Below are positions 8,709-17,598 of a stretch of DNA of 64,000 nt, in pieces. The stretch is from the IMG/VR virus record IMGVR_UViG_3300045997_000112, positions 32,001 through 96,000 of that record; one strand, given 5' to 3'. The notes under the pieces were generated by a model. It did not search any database, was not told where the DNA came from, and was given only the letters and a program-made list of their open reading frames with translations. A program made the position numbers and the translations under genes. Source of the stretch: a virus. How positions within the stretch are numbered: the stretch's first letter is position 1; every line of letters starts with the position of its first letter.

Positions 8709-9955
8709 CAGGGCTGACCATAGACGTACGTCGGGGCGGAGGCCGAAACTTCCTCGAAGGTGCCGGTGGACCAGTCCCAATCGAGGTCGACCTCCGCTGG
8801 TCCACAGTTGCGGCTCGCCACAATCTTGAGCAGCCGGTACGCCTCATCCTCCTGGTCGCCACGCTCGAGACCGAAGATGACGTCCGAGTCCTGGTAGAAC
8901 GAGGACGAGTAGCCGATCGAGTTGGCGTCCAGCTTGTTCTTCTTCATCTTCCACGTCAGCGTCTGCGTGGTGATCACGATGGGGATGTTGAGGCGCTGGG
9001 CCAGCCGCTTGAGTGCCCGGGTGATGTTGGTCAGGGCCTGAGCGGTGTTGGACTCGCCGGTCACCTCGTCCACCATCAGGTAGACGCCGTCGATGAACAG
9101 CACGTCGGGCTTGTAGGACATGACCTGCGCGCCGATGGCGGACACCGTCTGGCCCTGCGTCGAGTCCATCAGGATGAATGGGTGAGCGCCCTTGAGGCTC
9201 TCGAGCCCCTTCTCGTACTTCTTCTCCTCGGACGCCACGAGGTCACCGTTGAGCAGGCGTCCGTGACTGAGCCCGAACTTCATCGCGTCGTAGCGCTTCT
9301 GCTGCTCCTCGTTGCTCATCTCGAAGGAGATGAAGGCGGGGGTGTACCCGGCCTCGTGCACGGTGGTGGCCATCCGGAGGGCCAGCTGGGACTTGCCGGT
9401 CTTGGGCGCGGCAATGATGGTGACCAACTGCTGGGGCTGGAGCCCCAACGTTGCCTTGTCGATGGTGGGGAACCCGGTGGAGATGCCGAGGAGCCCGCCC
9501 GGCCGGTTCTTCCGGGCCGTGTAGTCGTGGTACCGCTGCACCGGGTCATCGGTCAGGTTGACGATGCCGGTGTCGGTCATCGCGCCCTCGATCTCGGCGA
9601 TCGTCTTCATCGCCACCGCGAGGATGTCGTCGGCCGACCCGCGCTTCTCCAGCAGGGCCACCTGCCGCTCCACCATCTGGAACACGAGGTGGTGCCGGTG
9701 GTCGGCAAGGCTGGCATCGACAACCGCGTCGAGCCCGTCCTCAACCTTGACCAGCCGCAAGCTGGGGAACTCCCGCTTGATCATGGCGCCCGTGGGCACC
9801 TCGCTGTACTTGGCGTTGTGGCGACAGATGAAGTCGAAGGCGTCCCGGTAGTCCGGGCTCTTGAAGGTGTCCTTGGTGACGCCCCGGCGCAGGGGCGTGT
9901 CCACATCCCGCTCGAGAGCGATCCTGCTGATGAGCCGTGCATCTTGATCCGACAT
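8708..9955 (-). CDS. dnaB: DnaB-like replicative helicase
   Basis: GISTGFPTID, AAPKTGKS, SFEMS, FIDGVYL, LKRLAQRLNIPIV, QDSD. Confidence 0.95.
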   Translation of the reverse strand: MSDQDARLISRIALERDVDTPLRRGVTKDTFKSPDYRDAFDFICRHNAKYSEVPTGAMIKREFPSLRLVKVEDGLDAVVDASLADHRHHLVFQMVERQVALLEKRGSADDILAVAMKTIAEIEGAMTDTGIVNLTDDPVQRYHDYTARKNRPGGLLGISTGFPTIDKATLGLQPQQLVTIIAAPKTGKSQLALRMATTVHEAGYTPAFISFEMSNEEQQKRYDAMKFGLSHGRLLNGDLVASEEKKYEKGLESLKGAHPFILMDSTQGQTVSAIGAQVMSYKPDVLFIDGVYLMVDEVTGESNTAQALTNITRALKRLAQRLNIPIVITTQTLTWKMKKNKLDANSIGYSSSFYQDSDVIFGLERGDQEDEAYRLLKIVASRNCGPAEVDLDWDWSTGTFEEVSASAPTYVYGQP

Positions 9956-9966
9956 TGATCCAACTC

Positions 9967-10350
9967 CTAGACGTTGAGCGACCGGGCCCCGAACGCTAAC
10001 GGACGGCGGCGGTCGATGATGTGCCGCACGTCGCTCTGCATGGCCACGTAGTGCATGGCCTGGGTCAGGTCCGCGAACACCAACCACTCATTGAACGGGT
10101 GGCTGTAGTGGTCGATGAACTTGATGACCTCCTCTGGGGTTACCGGGTCGTCCTCGTAGCCGAAGAGGACCATCTTCAAGCCTCGATCCCGCAGGTCGTT
10201 CACCAGGGCGATGTCCACGTCGTGGAGCATCATCTGGTGGCCAACCTTGGGGAAGAACCTGCCGGTGACGGCGGGCATCGCATCCACCACGGTGCTGGAG
10301 TGAACCAGGCACCGTGGTGGAGCGGTGTCGTCGAGGTCGTTGTGCAGCAT
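9967..10350 (-). CDS. Hypothetical protein (possibly degenerate HAD-like fold)
   Basis: Coupled start (TGATG) MLHNDL; lies between the loader-like gene and dnaB. Confidence 0.65.
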   Translation of the reverse strand: MLHNDLDDTAPPRCLVHSSTVVDAMPAVTGRFFPKVGHQMMLHDVDIALVNDLRDRGLKMVLFGYEDDPVTPEEVIKFIDHYSHPFNEWLVFADLTQAMHYVAMQSDVRHIIDRRRPLAFGARSLNV

Positions 10351-10934
10351 CAGTTGACGAAGATCGGGGCAATGCCCAGACCAAGGTCGATCCCATCCCA
10401 CATCGAGTAGTTGCTCGGGGTGGCATACAGGACCGTGATGTTCCGGTGAGCACGCTTGGACCGAGAGTCGATGAGTGCCCGCTGGGACGTGTAGTACATC
10501 CGGTCAGCGGGATCCCGAACCTCGGTGACCAGCACGCGAGCGGACTCCAACCACCGACGGACCTCCCGGTCATCCCGGTTGTCCCGACGATGAGCCGTCA
10601 CCTGATTGGGATCGGTCCACGCGAGGTACTCCTCGAAGCCGTACCGGGCGTAGACGCCCTCCTGCCGGACGAGGTCCAGAACGAGGGCGGCCGCGTACTC
10701 GTCCGCGTGGTCGCCCACGAGGAAGATGCTCTCGGTGAGGGACTGCGCGTTGGTGAGGACCCAGTCGTAGAGCTCGTCGGTCAGGTACTCAGAGCTGACC
10801 CACCGGCCCTTGTCCTTCCGGAGCAGGGTTGCGTTTCGGAGAGCGACCGGGATCTCCCAGTACCCCTGCCGACGGGCACCGGCCCAGTCCGACTCGGTAC
10901 GGGCGAGCATGTCGCCGCGTGTCATGGTGCTCAT
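10350..10934 (-). CDS. Degenerate DnaC/IstB-like helicase loader
   Basis: DnaC-like layout (EIPVALRNATL; SIFLVG; ARVLV; LIDSRSKR; TVLYAT) just upstream of dnaB, but no intact Walker A or B. Confidence 0.5.
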   Translation of the reverse strand: MSTMTRGDMLARTESDWAGARRQGYWEIPVALRNATLLRKDKGRWVSSEYLTDELYDWVLTNAQSLTESIFLVGDHADEYAAALVLDLVRQEGVYARYGFEEYLAWTDPNQVTAHRRDNRDDREVRRWLESARVLVTEVRDPADRMYYTSQRALIDSRSKRAHRNITVLYATPSNYSMWDGIDLGLGIAPIFVN

Positions 10935-11557
10935 GCTCCCTCCTCAATCCGCTGTCGTGTTCGATCTACGAGCAACTTTAGGGTAGCGATTGAGTTCTGT
11001 CCATGATTGGCCAAGTACAACTCTTCGTCTTCCAGAGCGACATCCAACCGGGTCTGGTACTCCTCCAACCTCAAACGGAGATCCTCCACGGATGGACCCT
11101 GGTTGGGGACAGGCTTCTCGGAACTCACCGAAGCGACATGCTGCTTCTCCTGCTGACGGACGTAGTCGTTCTCATCCTTGGGCCGAGTGTCCCGAACCTT
11201 CCAGAGCCACTTCTTCCACGCGGGGTACTCCCGCTTGCCGCGATCCAAGTGCTGAGCGTAGAAATCGTCGATCGCCCGCACCATGTGCTGGACGGTGACG
11301 CCCTCATTCCTCAGCTTGCCGAGGATCTTCACCAGCGTGACGTAGTTTCCCAGTTCATCCGGGCTGTGCTGCGGGTACTTGTTCCGATACCGCTCGCGGA
11401 ACTCGTCCACCGCGTCCTTGACCGACCACTCTGACACAGGAAGGTCCTTCCGCCGAATGGACCTGAGACGTTTCCCGGCCGCCGCATCCCTGTCTCTGGC
11501 ATAGCGCGGATCGTCCTTGAACACGTCGTAGGGCACTTCCCCTCCATCTCCTGACAC
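10931..11557 (-). CDS. Hypothetical protein, possible replication initiator/organiser
   Basis: Basic helical protein directly upstream of the DnaC-like gene and downstream of a hairpin cluster; function is positional inference only. Confidence 0.55.
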   Translation of the reverse strand: MSGDGGEVPYDVFKDDPRYARDRDAAAGKRLRSIRRKDLPVSEWSVKDAVDEFRERYRNKYPQHSPDELGNYVTLVKILGKLRNEGVTVQHMVRAIDDFYAQHLDRGKREYPAWKKWLWKVRDTRPKDENDYVRQQEKQHVASVSSEKPVPNQGPSVEDLRLRLEEYQTRLDVALEDEELYLANHGQNSIATLKLLVDRTRQRIEEGA

Positions 11558-11573
11558 CTCTGGCCAAACACCG

Positions 11574-11675
11574 GGGGTGAGCTTCGCTCACCCCGCTTCG
11601 CCTACCCGCTCCCGAAGGATCCGACCAAGTTCACCACCCCCGTAACCGAAGGGCCCTCCGCCGCAGGCGGGGGCA
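11574..11675. other. Hairpin cluster, candidate replication origin
   Basis: GGGGTGAGC-TTC-GCTCACCCC and GCCCTCCGCC-GCA-GGCGGGGGC inverted repeats in the largest apparently non-coding gap next to the replication genes. Confidence 0.4.
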
Positions 11676-11805
11676 GGTTTTCTTGGCGGGAGAGGACATA
11701 GCTCTCCTGCCGCGAGGTGGTGAACTGAATCAGCGCCGTGCCAGCGTCCCGGGTTAGTTGACTCGCAGCGCCTTAGCTGGCCCAGGGGGAACACGGAGGC
11801 ATCCT

Positions 11806-12141
11806 TCAGAACCGGGTAGGCCCCCCATCCCTCGCAGCGGGCTTCGCGCTGTAGCCCGCCTTCGTGGGAAGCAAGTCTCGATCCCCCACCTGTACGGGGT
11901 ATCCCGCGTCCAGAAGGATGGTGACGATCTTCCGGGCATGCAGAACCGAGAGACTCACCTTGGCCTGCTTCAGCAGGTACTTGACCTGCGGAGTGGGGGC
12001 GGGTGCGCGGACCACCCATGTGTGCTCTTTCTTGTCCCACCAGCAGCCGTGCTGCTTCAACAGGGTGTTCACGTTCGGGTCGTAGGGGAAGTCCACCACC
12101 ACTCGACCCATGTCATCCCGAAGGATTCGTACTTGAGTCAT
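11806..12141 (-). CDS. Hypothetical protein
   Basis: GGAG RBS; FPYDP...WWDKKEHTW resembles the small HARP/DUF5710-like fold. Confidence 0.7.
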   Translation of the reverse strand: MTQVRILRDDMGRVVVDFPYDPNVNTLLKQHGCWWDKKEHTWVVRAPAPTPQVKYLLKQAKVSLSVLHARKIVTILLDAGYPVQVGDRDLLPTKAGYSAKPAARDGGPTRF

Positions 12142-12174
12142 GTACTATTGCTCCATTCAATCTTCGCGGATTGA

Positions 12175-12224
12175 GAAGAGGGACCCCGTCGGCGTGATGA
12201 CCCGACAGAGTGGGGTCCCTCTTC
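12175..12224 (-). terminator. Long stem-loop (terminator or processing site)
   Basis: 13-bp perfect stem GAAGAGGGACCCC/GGGGTCCCTCTTC with inner GTCGG/CCGAC, intergenic. Confidence 0.65.
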
Positions 12225-12246
12225 ATTTGTGCGGGTGAGACTACAC

Positions 12247-12522
12247 CTACTGGTCGTCCCGATCGAAGACGTGCCAGACCAGTGCGCCGCCGAAGGCGAT
12301 CACGGTGCCCAGGAACGTCCCCAGAGGGCCGTCCGGGATGGGGTTGCCCGTCCCGAAGATGCTGATGTGACGGGTCTCGAGCTCGGGCTCATTGGTCTCG
12401 CAGCCGAACCAGAGGCAGATGGCCTCCCGCTGCTCGCCGACGGAGAGGATCACCGAGCCCTTGGGGATGGTGATCCACTGGTCGTCCACCACGTTCAGCA
12501 CGATCTTGTGGATAGTCCTCAC
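12247..12522 (-). CDS. Conserved phage hypothetical protein
   Basis: 'I.K..L...Q.I.IP.G..ILSV..Q....LW...FGTG...FLGT...LVWHVF' pattern, common in phages. Confidence 0.8.
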   Translation of the reverse strand: MRTIHKIVLNVVDDQWITIPKGSVILSVGEQREAICLWFGCETNEPELETRHISIFGTGNPIPDGPLGTFLGTVIAFGGALVWHVFDRDDQ

Positions 12523-12746
12523 TGCTGCTCCCCCATGACCTTGCGGACGACCCGCTCGATGTCGGCGTCAGAAGGCATGGGCCCCACGATCCCTACAGGT
12601 CCGGGAGGGCCCTGTGCCCCCGTGGCGCCCGCCTGCCCGATGAGCCCGACAGGTCCGGTCTTGCCCTTCCAGATCACGTACCCGCTCAGGACGATCAGCC
12701 AGAGCAACATCAGGGCTACCAGCGCGTCCACTAGAACCACACCCAT
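12519..12746 (-). CDS. Small membrane protein with short collagen repeat
   Basis: N-terminal hydrophobic helix followed by about 9 Gly-X-Y triplets. Confidence 0.7.
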   Translation of the reverse strand: MGVVLVDALVALMLLWLIVLSGYVIWKGKTGPVGLIGQAGATGAQGPPGPVGIVGPMPSDADIERVVRKVMGEQQ

Positions 12747-12970
12747 TCCATCTTGACCCAGTTGAACCGCTCTGGCTGGAGCATGGCGTAGGTGGCCCAT
12801 GCGCTCGCCTTCCCAGCGAGGTCGGACAGCAGGTGCGCCTGATCCTCTCCGTCGTTGGCGTACCACTCCTCGCTGGTGATGAACCACTGGCGCGACCACT
12901 CCGGCTCCGGGGAACCGGGAACCACGCCGACCATCACGTCCACTCCGCAGCGCGCTGTTGCCTCCGTCAC
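12731..12970 (-). CDS. Hypothetical protein
   Basis: GTGA-coupled ORF with good codon use. Confidence 0.65.
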   Translation of the reverse strand: MTEATARCGVDVMVGVVPGSPEPEWSRQWFITSEEWYANDGEDQAHLLSDLAGKASAWATYAMLQPERFNWVKMEWVWF

Positions 12971-13248
12971 TTGCCGCACCACCCGTCAGCGGAGGCGTCC
13001 CACTCCGGGACGCGCTGGAGGGCTGCCTGGGAGGCGTCGCGGGTCGTGGCCGCGAACCCGGCCCCGTGGACGCAGATCGCCACGATGTTGGGGAACTGGT
13101 CGACGTTGACGAACAACTCGACCTTCTCCGGGTCCTGCACCGGCACGCCCTCAAGGTCGCGCACGGTCTGGTTGCTGCACCCGGTGAGCTGAACCGTGAG
13201 GAGCAGCCCGGCGACGGCGGCGATGCCAATGCGATCTCGACGCCTCAC
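12967..13248 (-). CDS. Putative lipoprotein
   Basis: Basic N-terminus, hydrophobic stretch and lipobox LTGC. Confidence 0.75.
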   Translation of the reverse strand: MRRRDRIGIAAVAGLLLTVQLTGCSNQTVRDLEGVPVQDPEKVELFVNVDQFPNIVAICVHGAGFAATTRDASQAALQRVPEWDASADGWCGK

Positions 13249-14282
13249 TTGATCACGCCCCGAACGGACGCGGCGATCTGCCAGAGCTGGTCCTCGTCGG
13301 CCATCTCCAGCATGACGCCGATCAGGTCCCGAAGGATGGCGTCGATGCCCCGCTGCGGGCGCCAGGCGGGATCCCCGAAGTTGTACGTGACGTACCCCTC
13401 GGGGCGCACGCTCTCCGTGATGGTGGTCTCGATGACCACGTCCTTGGCCTTGTCGGCGATGCGCTCGGCCTCAACCATGCCGTCCACGTAGCCCTCAAGG
13501 TGGGCCTCCATGTAGACGTCGGTGGAGACGGGCAGGCGGCCCTTCTCGTCGCGGGTCTCGGCCTTGGCGGCTGCAGCGGCGGTCGTTCCACTGTCCCGGA
13601 ACCCGACCTTGCCCTTCTCGCGGATGCTGTCCACGGTGATCGCCTTCTCGACGATCGCCTGCGTGACCGGGAGGGTCTCCGGCTCCATCATCTCCTTGGA
13701 CAGGGTGACGGGCTCGGCAACCTTGAGGGCCTCATCCACCGCCTTCTCGAACTCGGGGTTGGCCTCCTCGACCACCTTGGGCGCGGCCTTCTTGCGCGGC
13801 GCTCGGCGCTTCGGGACAGCGGGGACTTCGGGCAGCACTTCGGCCACGGGGGGCTCCTCTTCCTTGGGGATGTCCATGTGCTCGGGACCATCGCTGTGGT
13901 CCCCCTCCTGGCCGACATCGGACGGGATGTCGGGGACGACCTCGACCTCCGGCTCGTCGGGGACGATCTCGAGCTCCATGAGCCCGTCGTCGAGGGCGAG
14001 GTAGGTGGCACCAACCTTGGTGGCCTCCTTGACCAGGTCCTCATCAGTGGGGCCGAGGACGACCCAGCCCTTCTCCAGGGTGTCGAAGTCGGTGACGACC
14101 GGGACGTCGATGACGTCGAAGATCTCCTGGGCCCAGGAGTCCAAGTTCTCGCCGTCGTAGTTGAAGAAGACGATCTCGTGACTCTCGCTCCAGAGGGAGG
14201 GATCTCCCAGCAGGTCGAACAGGGTAGCCGTGGCCAGTGCGCGGTCCACGGTCTGGGGTGCGCCAACAATGCAGTACTTCAT
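13245..14282 (-). CDS. Acidic hypothetical protein
   Basis: AGGAG RBS before MKYCIV; globular N-terminus, then a disordered E/P-rich linker with KRRAPRKK. Confidence 0.8.
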   Translation of the reverse strand: MKYCIVGAPQTVDRALATATLFDLLGDPSLWSESHEIVFFNYDGENLDSWAQEIFDVIDVPVVTDFDTLEKGWVVLGPTDEDLVKEATKVGATYLALDDGLMELEIVPDEPEVEVVPDIPSDVGQEGDHSDGPEHMDIPKEEEPPVAEVLPEVPAVPKRRAPRKKAAPKVVEEANPEFEKAVDEALKVAEPVTLSKEMMEPETLPVTQAIVEKAITVDSIREKGKVGFRDSGTTAAAAAKAETRDEKGRLPVSTDVYMEAHLEGYVDGMVEAERIADKAKDVVIETTITESVRPEGYVTYNFGDPAWRPQRGIDAILRDLIGVMLEMADEDQLWQIAASVRGVIK

Positions 14283-14289
14283 TGGTCTC

Positions 14290-14320
14290 CTATGGTGGGT
14301 TGGACTAGCCCACCATACAC
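14290..14320 (-). promoter_or_regulatory. Putative -10 element (GTG-TATGGT) overlapping a 9-bp stem-loop next to the RBS
   Basis: TATGGTGGG/CCCACCATA inverted repeat; the same GTGTATGGTG 10-mer precedes the tRNA at 35883-35892. Confidence 0.4.
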
Positions 14321-14338
14321 CCACCTATCCCATAGGCA

Positions 14339-15499
14339 TCAGACCGCGAGCCAGTTCACCTCGACCGTCTCAGCCTGGGATCCGATGTTCTCCAGGACCA
14401 GCACGAACCCCTGCGAGGTCACCTTGCGGACCCCGGCGAGCACCGGACGGGAGTTGACCTCCTGGGTGGAACCCGGCGTGGTGAGCGTGTAGGTGAGGGA
14501 CACGGACACCGAGGCACCCACCACACCGCCGTAGTTGGCCTCGTTCGCGGTGTCGTTGGGACCGAAGGCGATGGCGTTGTAGGTCCCGGCTGCGAACCCG
14601 GCCGCCCACTCGAGTGGAAGATCCACGGTATGCGTGGTGCCCGACGCGAAGTTCTTCACCACGTTGAGCTTGGGCGTGGCTGCCGGGTTGAACGACCCGG
14701 GAAGCCCTGCCGCGACGTTGTTGTACGGCCGGAAGGTGATGGAGTCCAGCGCATGCCCGGCCGCCGAGCCGATCTTGAACGTGACCTGGAGCTTGGTGGG
14801 CTGGGCTCCCGCAGGCAGGGCGAAGCCCCCGGGAAGGAGCACGAGGCCCCTCTGGTTGCCGTTGGACGTGGAGAACTGGCCGACGAGGAAGGTGGTCTTG
14901 TCGCCCTGCCAGGTGGTCGAGGCGCTCTCCCCGTAGGGCGAGTTGCCCGAGTAGCACCGGAAGGACCCCGCCGTGGCCGTCTTCACGCTGGAGGTGGTGC
15001 CCCCAGCGGACTGACCCACAGTCTTCTGCACCGGGGAGACCAGCACCTTGGGCGGCGTGGTGAACGATCCGGCTGGGAAGGAGACGTCGATGCCCTGAGG
15101 GCCAAGGTTGGGCGCCAGGAGGCGCTCCGCCAGTACCCCGGAGACGATCGATGCATCCTTGCCCGGGGCTCCGTTGGTGCCATCCCGACCTCGAGGGATC
15201 TCGAAGGTGAGCTGCCCCGTGGCTCCGTCCCAGAGGGCCTTCGCCGGGGAGGTGGCCTCAACACTGGTGGCCGACGCCCCATTGATGGGAGTGGCGGCCG
15301 CCTTCTCCAGCGCGTCGATGCGGAGACGCAGGGAGCCCGTCTTCTCGCCCGCGATCTTGATGCCGATGTCCCGCTGTACAGCCAGGACCCAGTCGATCGC
15401 GTTCTGGTGCAGCGTGGTGTGCTGAGACGCGTCCAGCGTGGCGCTGGGAAGGAGTGCTGCCCCAGTCGGATCCAGGGCGTCGGGGAACCGGCTGGCCAT
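14339..15499 (-). CDS. Tail fibre/receptor-binding protein with interrupted H-type-lectin-like domain
   Basis: N-terminal FPDALD...H...VLAVQRDIG anchor; VSFPAGSFTTPPKVLVS ... VTSQGF...VNWLAV. Confidence 0.7.
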   Translation of the reverse strand: MASRFPDALDPTGAALLPSATLDASQHTTLHQNAIDWVLAVQRDIGIKIAGEKTGSLRLRIDALEKAAATPINGASATSVEATSPAKALWDGATGQLTFEIPRGRDGTNGAPGKDASIVSGVLAERLLAPNLGPQGIDVSFPAGSFTTPPKVLVSPVQKTVGQSAGGTTSSVKTATAGSFRCYSGNSPYGESASTTWQGDKTTFLVGQFSTSNGNQRGLVLLPGGFALPAGAQPTKLQVTFKIGSAAGHALDSITFRPYNNVAAGLPGSFNPAATPKLNVVKNFASGTTHTVDLPLEWAAGFAAGTYNAIAFGPNDTANEANYGGVVGASVSVSLTYTLTTPGSTQEVNSRPVLAGVRKVTSQGFVLVLENIGSQAETVEVNWLAV

Positions 15500-15502
15500 G
15501 TC

Positions 15503-15706
15503 TTACCCGCCTGCGGCTGCAGCCTTGAGGGCCGCGACGTCCGTCTTGAGGGTCTCGATCTCGGCGTTCATGGCCGCGATGTTGTCGTTGGCCTGGGTGA
15601 CCCCGGCCTTGAGCCAGACCACGTACTTGAAGTGGCCCGGCTGCCCGGCGACGGGGTCGGTACCGTCAGGGCTGCCCTTGTCCCAGGTCAGAGTGAGTGC
15701 TGCCAT
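15503..15706 (-). CDS. Small coiled-coil virion protein
   Basis: GGAGG RBS; heptad-rich C-terminus; lies in the baseplate/fibre block. Confidence 0.7.
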   Translation of the reverse strand: MAALTLTWDKGSPDGTDPVAGQPGHFKYVVWLKAGVTQANDNIAAMNAEIETLKTDVAALKAAAAGG

Positions 15707-15725
15707 GGAGTCCTCCTAGATTGGA

Positions 15726-17597
15726 TCAACTGTATTCGACCTCGCCCACCCAGAGTTGGCTGAACTCCGGGTCGTCTGAGGTGATCATCTGAGCGCCCAC
15801 CCCACTGGGGAGGTAGGCCGGGAGGGTCCCGTACAGCTTGGCGATGAGGACCCGCTCGAACGAATCCAGCGAGGACTCCCCCGAGGGGTCGCGCTCCCGA
15901 GCCTCCATGGTCACGTTGGGGTCGTCCATGACCGCGGTGGTGTCATCCATGACGACCATGCCGGACACCAATGTTGAGACCCCGGTGTCCATGACGACGG
16001 CAACCGACCGAGGGTCCCGGAACGCGTAGGGGCGCCCCGTCGACAGCGAGATGCACCCCAGGCTGACGACTGCGTCCCCGGTGACATTGACGCTCCACAC
16101 CACGTACCGGCTGCCTGCCGGGGCGAGCACCGGCTCGAACAGCGCGCCATCCCAAAGGCCGTCGTGGACGGTGTCCACCGCCAGGTTCTCGCTGTACAGC
16201 GGATCTCCCTGATCATCGAGGAACCCGATGTCGGCCGAGATGGTGCACGGTGCCGAGGCGTAGTAGCGGAACCGGAACTGGTACAGCTGCCCGGGTGTGG
16301 CCTTGGCGGCGAACTCCGGGACGAACTGGCCATTGATCTTCTTGGACCCGAACCGCAGGGTCTCCCCGGAACGGGGCTGGAGTCGGTGGACCCACCCCAC
16401 CGCAGGCGACGGGAACCGGGAGTCCCACCACGGGTCGTCCACCCCGGGGATCAGCGGGGGATTGAGGAGCACGCCCATCGCGGGGCTGGAGTCGAACGAG
16501 TCCCACTCGTCGAACCACACGCCCTCGCCGTCGTAGACGTCCTCCCAGACGTCCACCCATTCATGCAGCCGGTTGATGGGCCACTGGCTCTGGAAGTTCT
16601 CCTCGTACCCCACGCACGGGATCGAGGTCCATTCCCCGCCCTCGGCCGAGACGCTGTACTCGTCTGCCGGGGTGTTGGACGGGATGTTCCACGGGTTGTC
16701 CGGGCAGGTGTCCGATCGGTCGAGGAGCAGGTTGAGCGGCCCCACCACCTGGGTGGGGAACCCGGTGACGGTCTCCACGTACCGCTCGAGCCCGGCGTAG
16801 CTGCCCTTGGCCATGGTGATCTGCCGGTAGTTGGCCAGGATGTGCTTGAGCCGGTGGCTGACCACCCGGTCGGTGAAGAACGCCTCCTCGGTGGGGCCCA
16901 TGCCGAAGGACCTCAACAATGGGAGCACCATGTTCGGGTGGATCCGCTCCGGGGTGTCCACCATGAGCTCGCCATCGGTGATGATCGTGTCCAGGACGTA
17001 CCCGACATCGGCCATGAACGAGGTCTGCGGGTTCATCATGTGCTCGCCGTAGATCATCCCGCCGGTCATGACGCCACGGGGCAGTGCGTCCATCCCGTTG
17101 ATGATGCCGCCGTAGTTGCCGGGGATGACCTTCCACCCACGCCCCCGGTAGTCCCAGGGGAGCCACTTCACGAAGTCGCCGGTGGCCGGGTCGAGCAGCG
17201 GCTCCGACACGTAGACGGACAGGTACAGGACCGTTCCTGGCGCCACGGGTCCCAAAGACGCGTCACCGGAGCGGAAGGAGAAGGTGCGCCCCGACGGCAG
17301 CTCCTCGTCCACCAGAACCGGAGTCCGGTCCTCGAAGACCAGCTTCAGGTCCCCACCCTCGTCGGTCCAGTGAGCGAACCGGTCCGGGTTGGGCGGGAAG
17401 TACGTGGAGCTCTTCAGCACCACCACGCGGGAGTTGCCCGGGTAGTCCCAGGAGATAGGGCCAACCTGAACCAGGACGTCGGCGCCGTTCAACCCCTCGG
17501 GGTCGTACCCAAGGTTGGTGATCTTGACCGCCACCTCAGGACGGACGCGGTCGCCATAGACGTCCTCGCCGTATCCGAAGTCCTGGTACTTGGCCAT
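15726..17597 (-). CDS. Baseplate wedge/tail protein I-like
   Basis: LPLLRSFG...YRQITMAKGSYAGLERYVETVTGF (P2 gpI-type KGT motif); downstream of baseplate J. Confidence 0.75.
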   Translation of the reverse strand: MAKYQDFGYGEDVYGDRVRPEVAVKITNLGYDPEGLNGADVLVQVGPISWDYPGNSRVVVLKSSTYFPPNPDRFAHWTDEGGDLKLVFEDRTPVLVDEELPSGRTFSFRSGDASLGPVAPGTVLYLSVYVSEPLLDPATGDFVKWLPWDYRGRGWKVIPGNYGGIINGMDALPRGVMTGGMIYGEHMMNPQTSFMADVGYVLDTIITDGELMVDTPERIHPNMVLPLLRSFGMGPTEEAFFTDRVVSHRLKHILANYRQITMAKGSYAGLERYVETVTGFPTQVVGPLNLLLDRSDTCPDNPWNIPSNTPADEYSVSAEGGEWTSIPCVGYEENFQSQWPINRLHEWVDVWEDVYDGEGVWFDEWDSFDSSPAMGVLLNPPLIPGVDDPWWDSRFPSPAVGWVHRLQPRSGETLRFGSKKINGQFVPEFAAKATPGQLYQFRFRYYASAPCTISADIGFLDDQGDPLYSENLAVDTVHDGLWDGALFEPVLAPAGSRYVVWSVNVTGDAVVSLGCISLSTGRPYAFRDPRSVAVVMDTGVSTLVSGMVVMDDTTAVMDDPNVTMEARERDPSGESSLDSFERVLIAKLYGTLPAYLPSGVGAQMITSDDPEFSQLWVGEVEYS

Positions 17598-17598
17598 G

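Noticed and set aside
11588-12040. 150-aa and 61-aa alternative ORFs over the hairpin gap
   Set aside because: They have no RBS or motif, low-complexity translations, and overlap the better-supported 11806..12141 gene.
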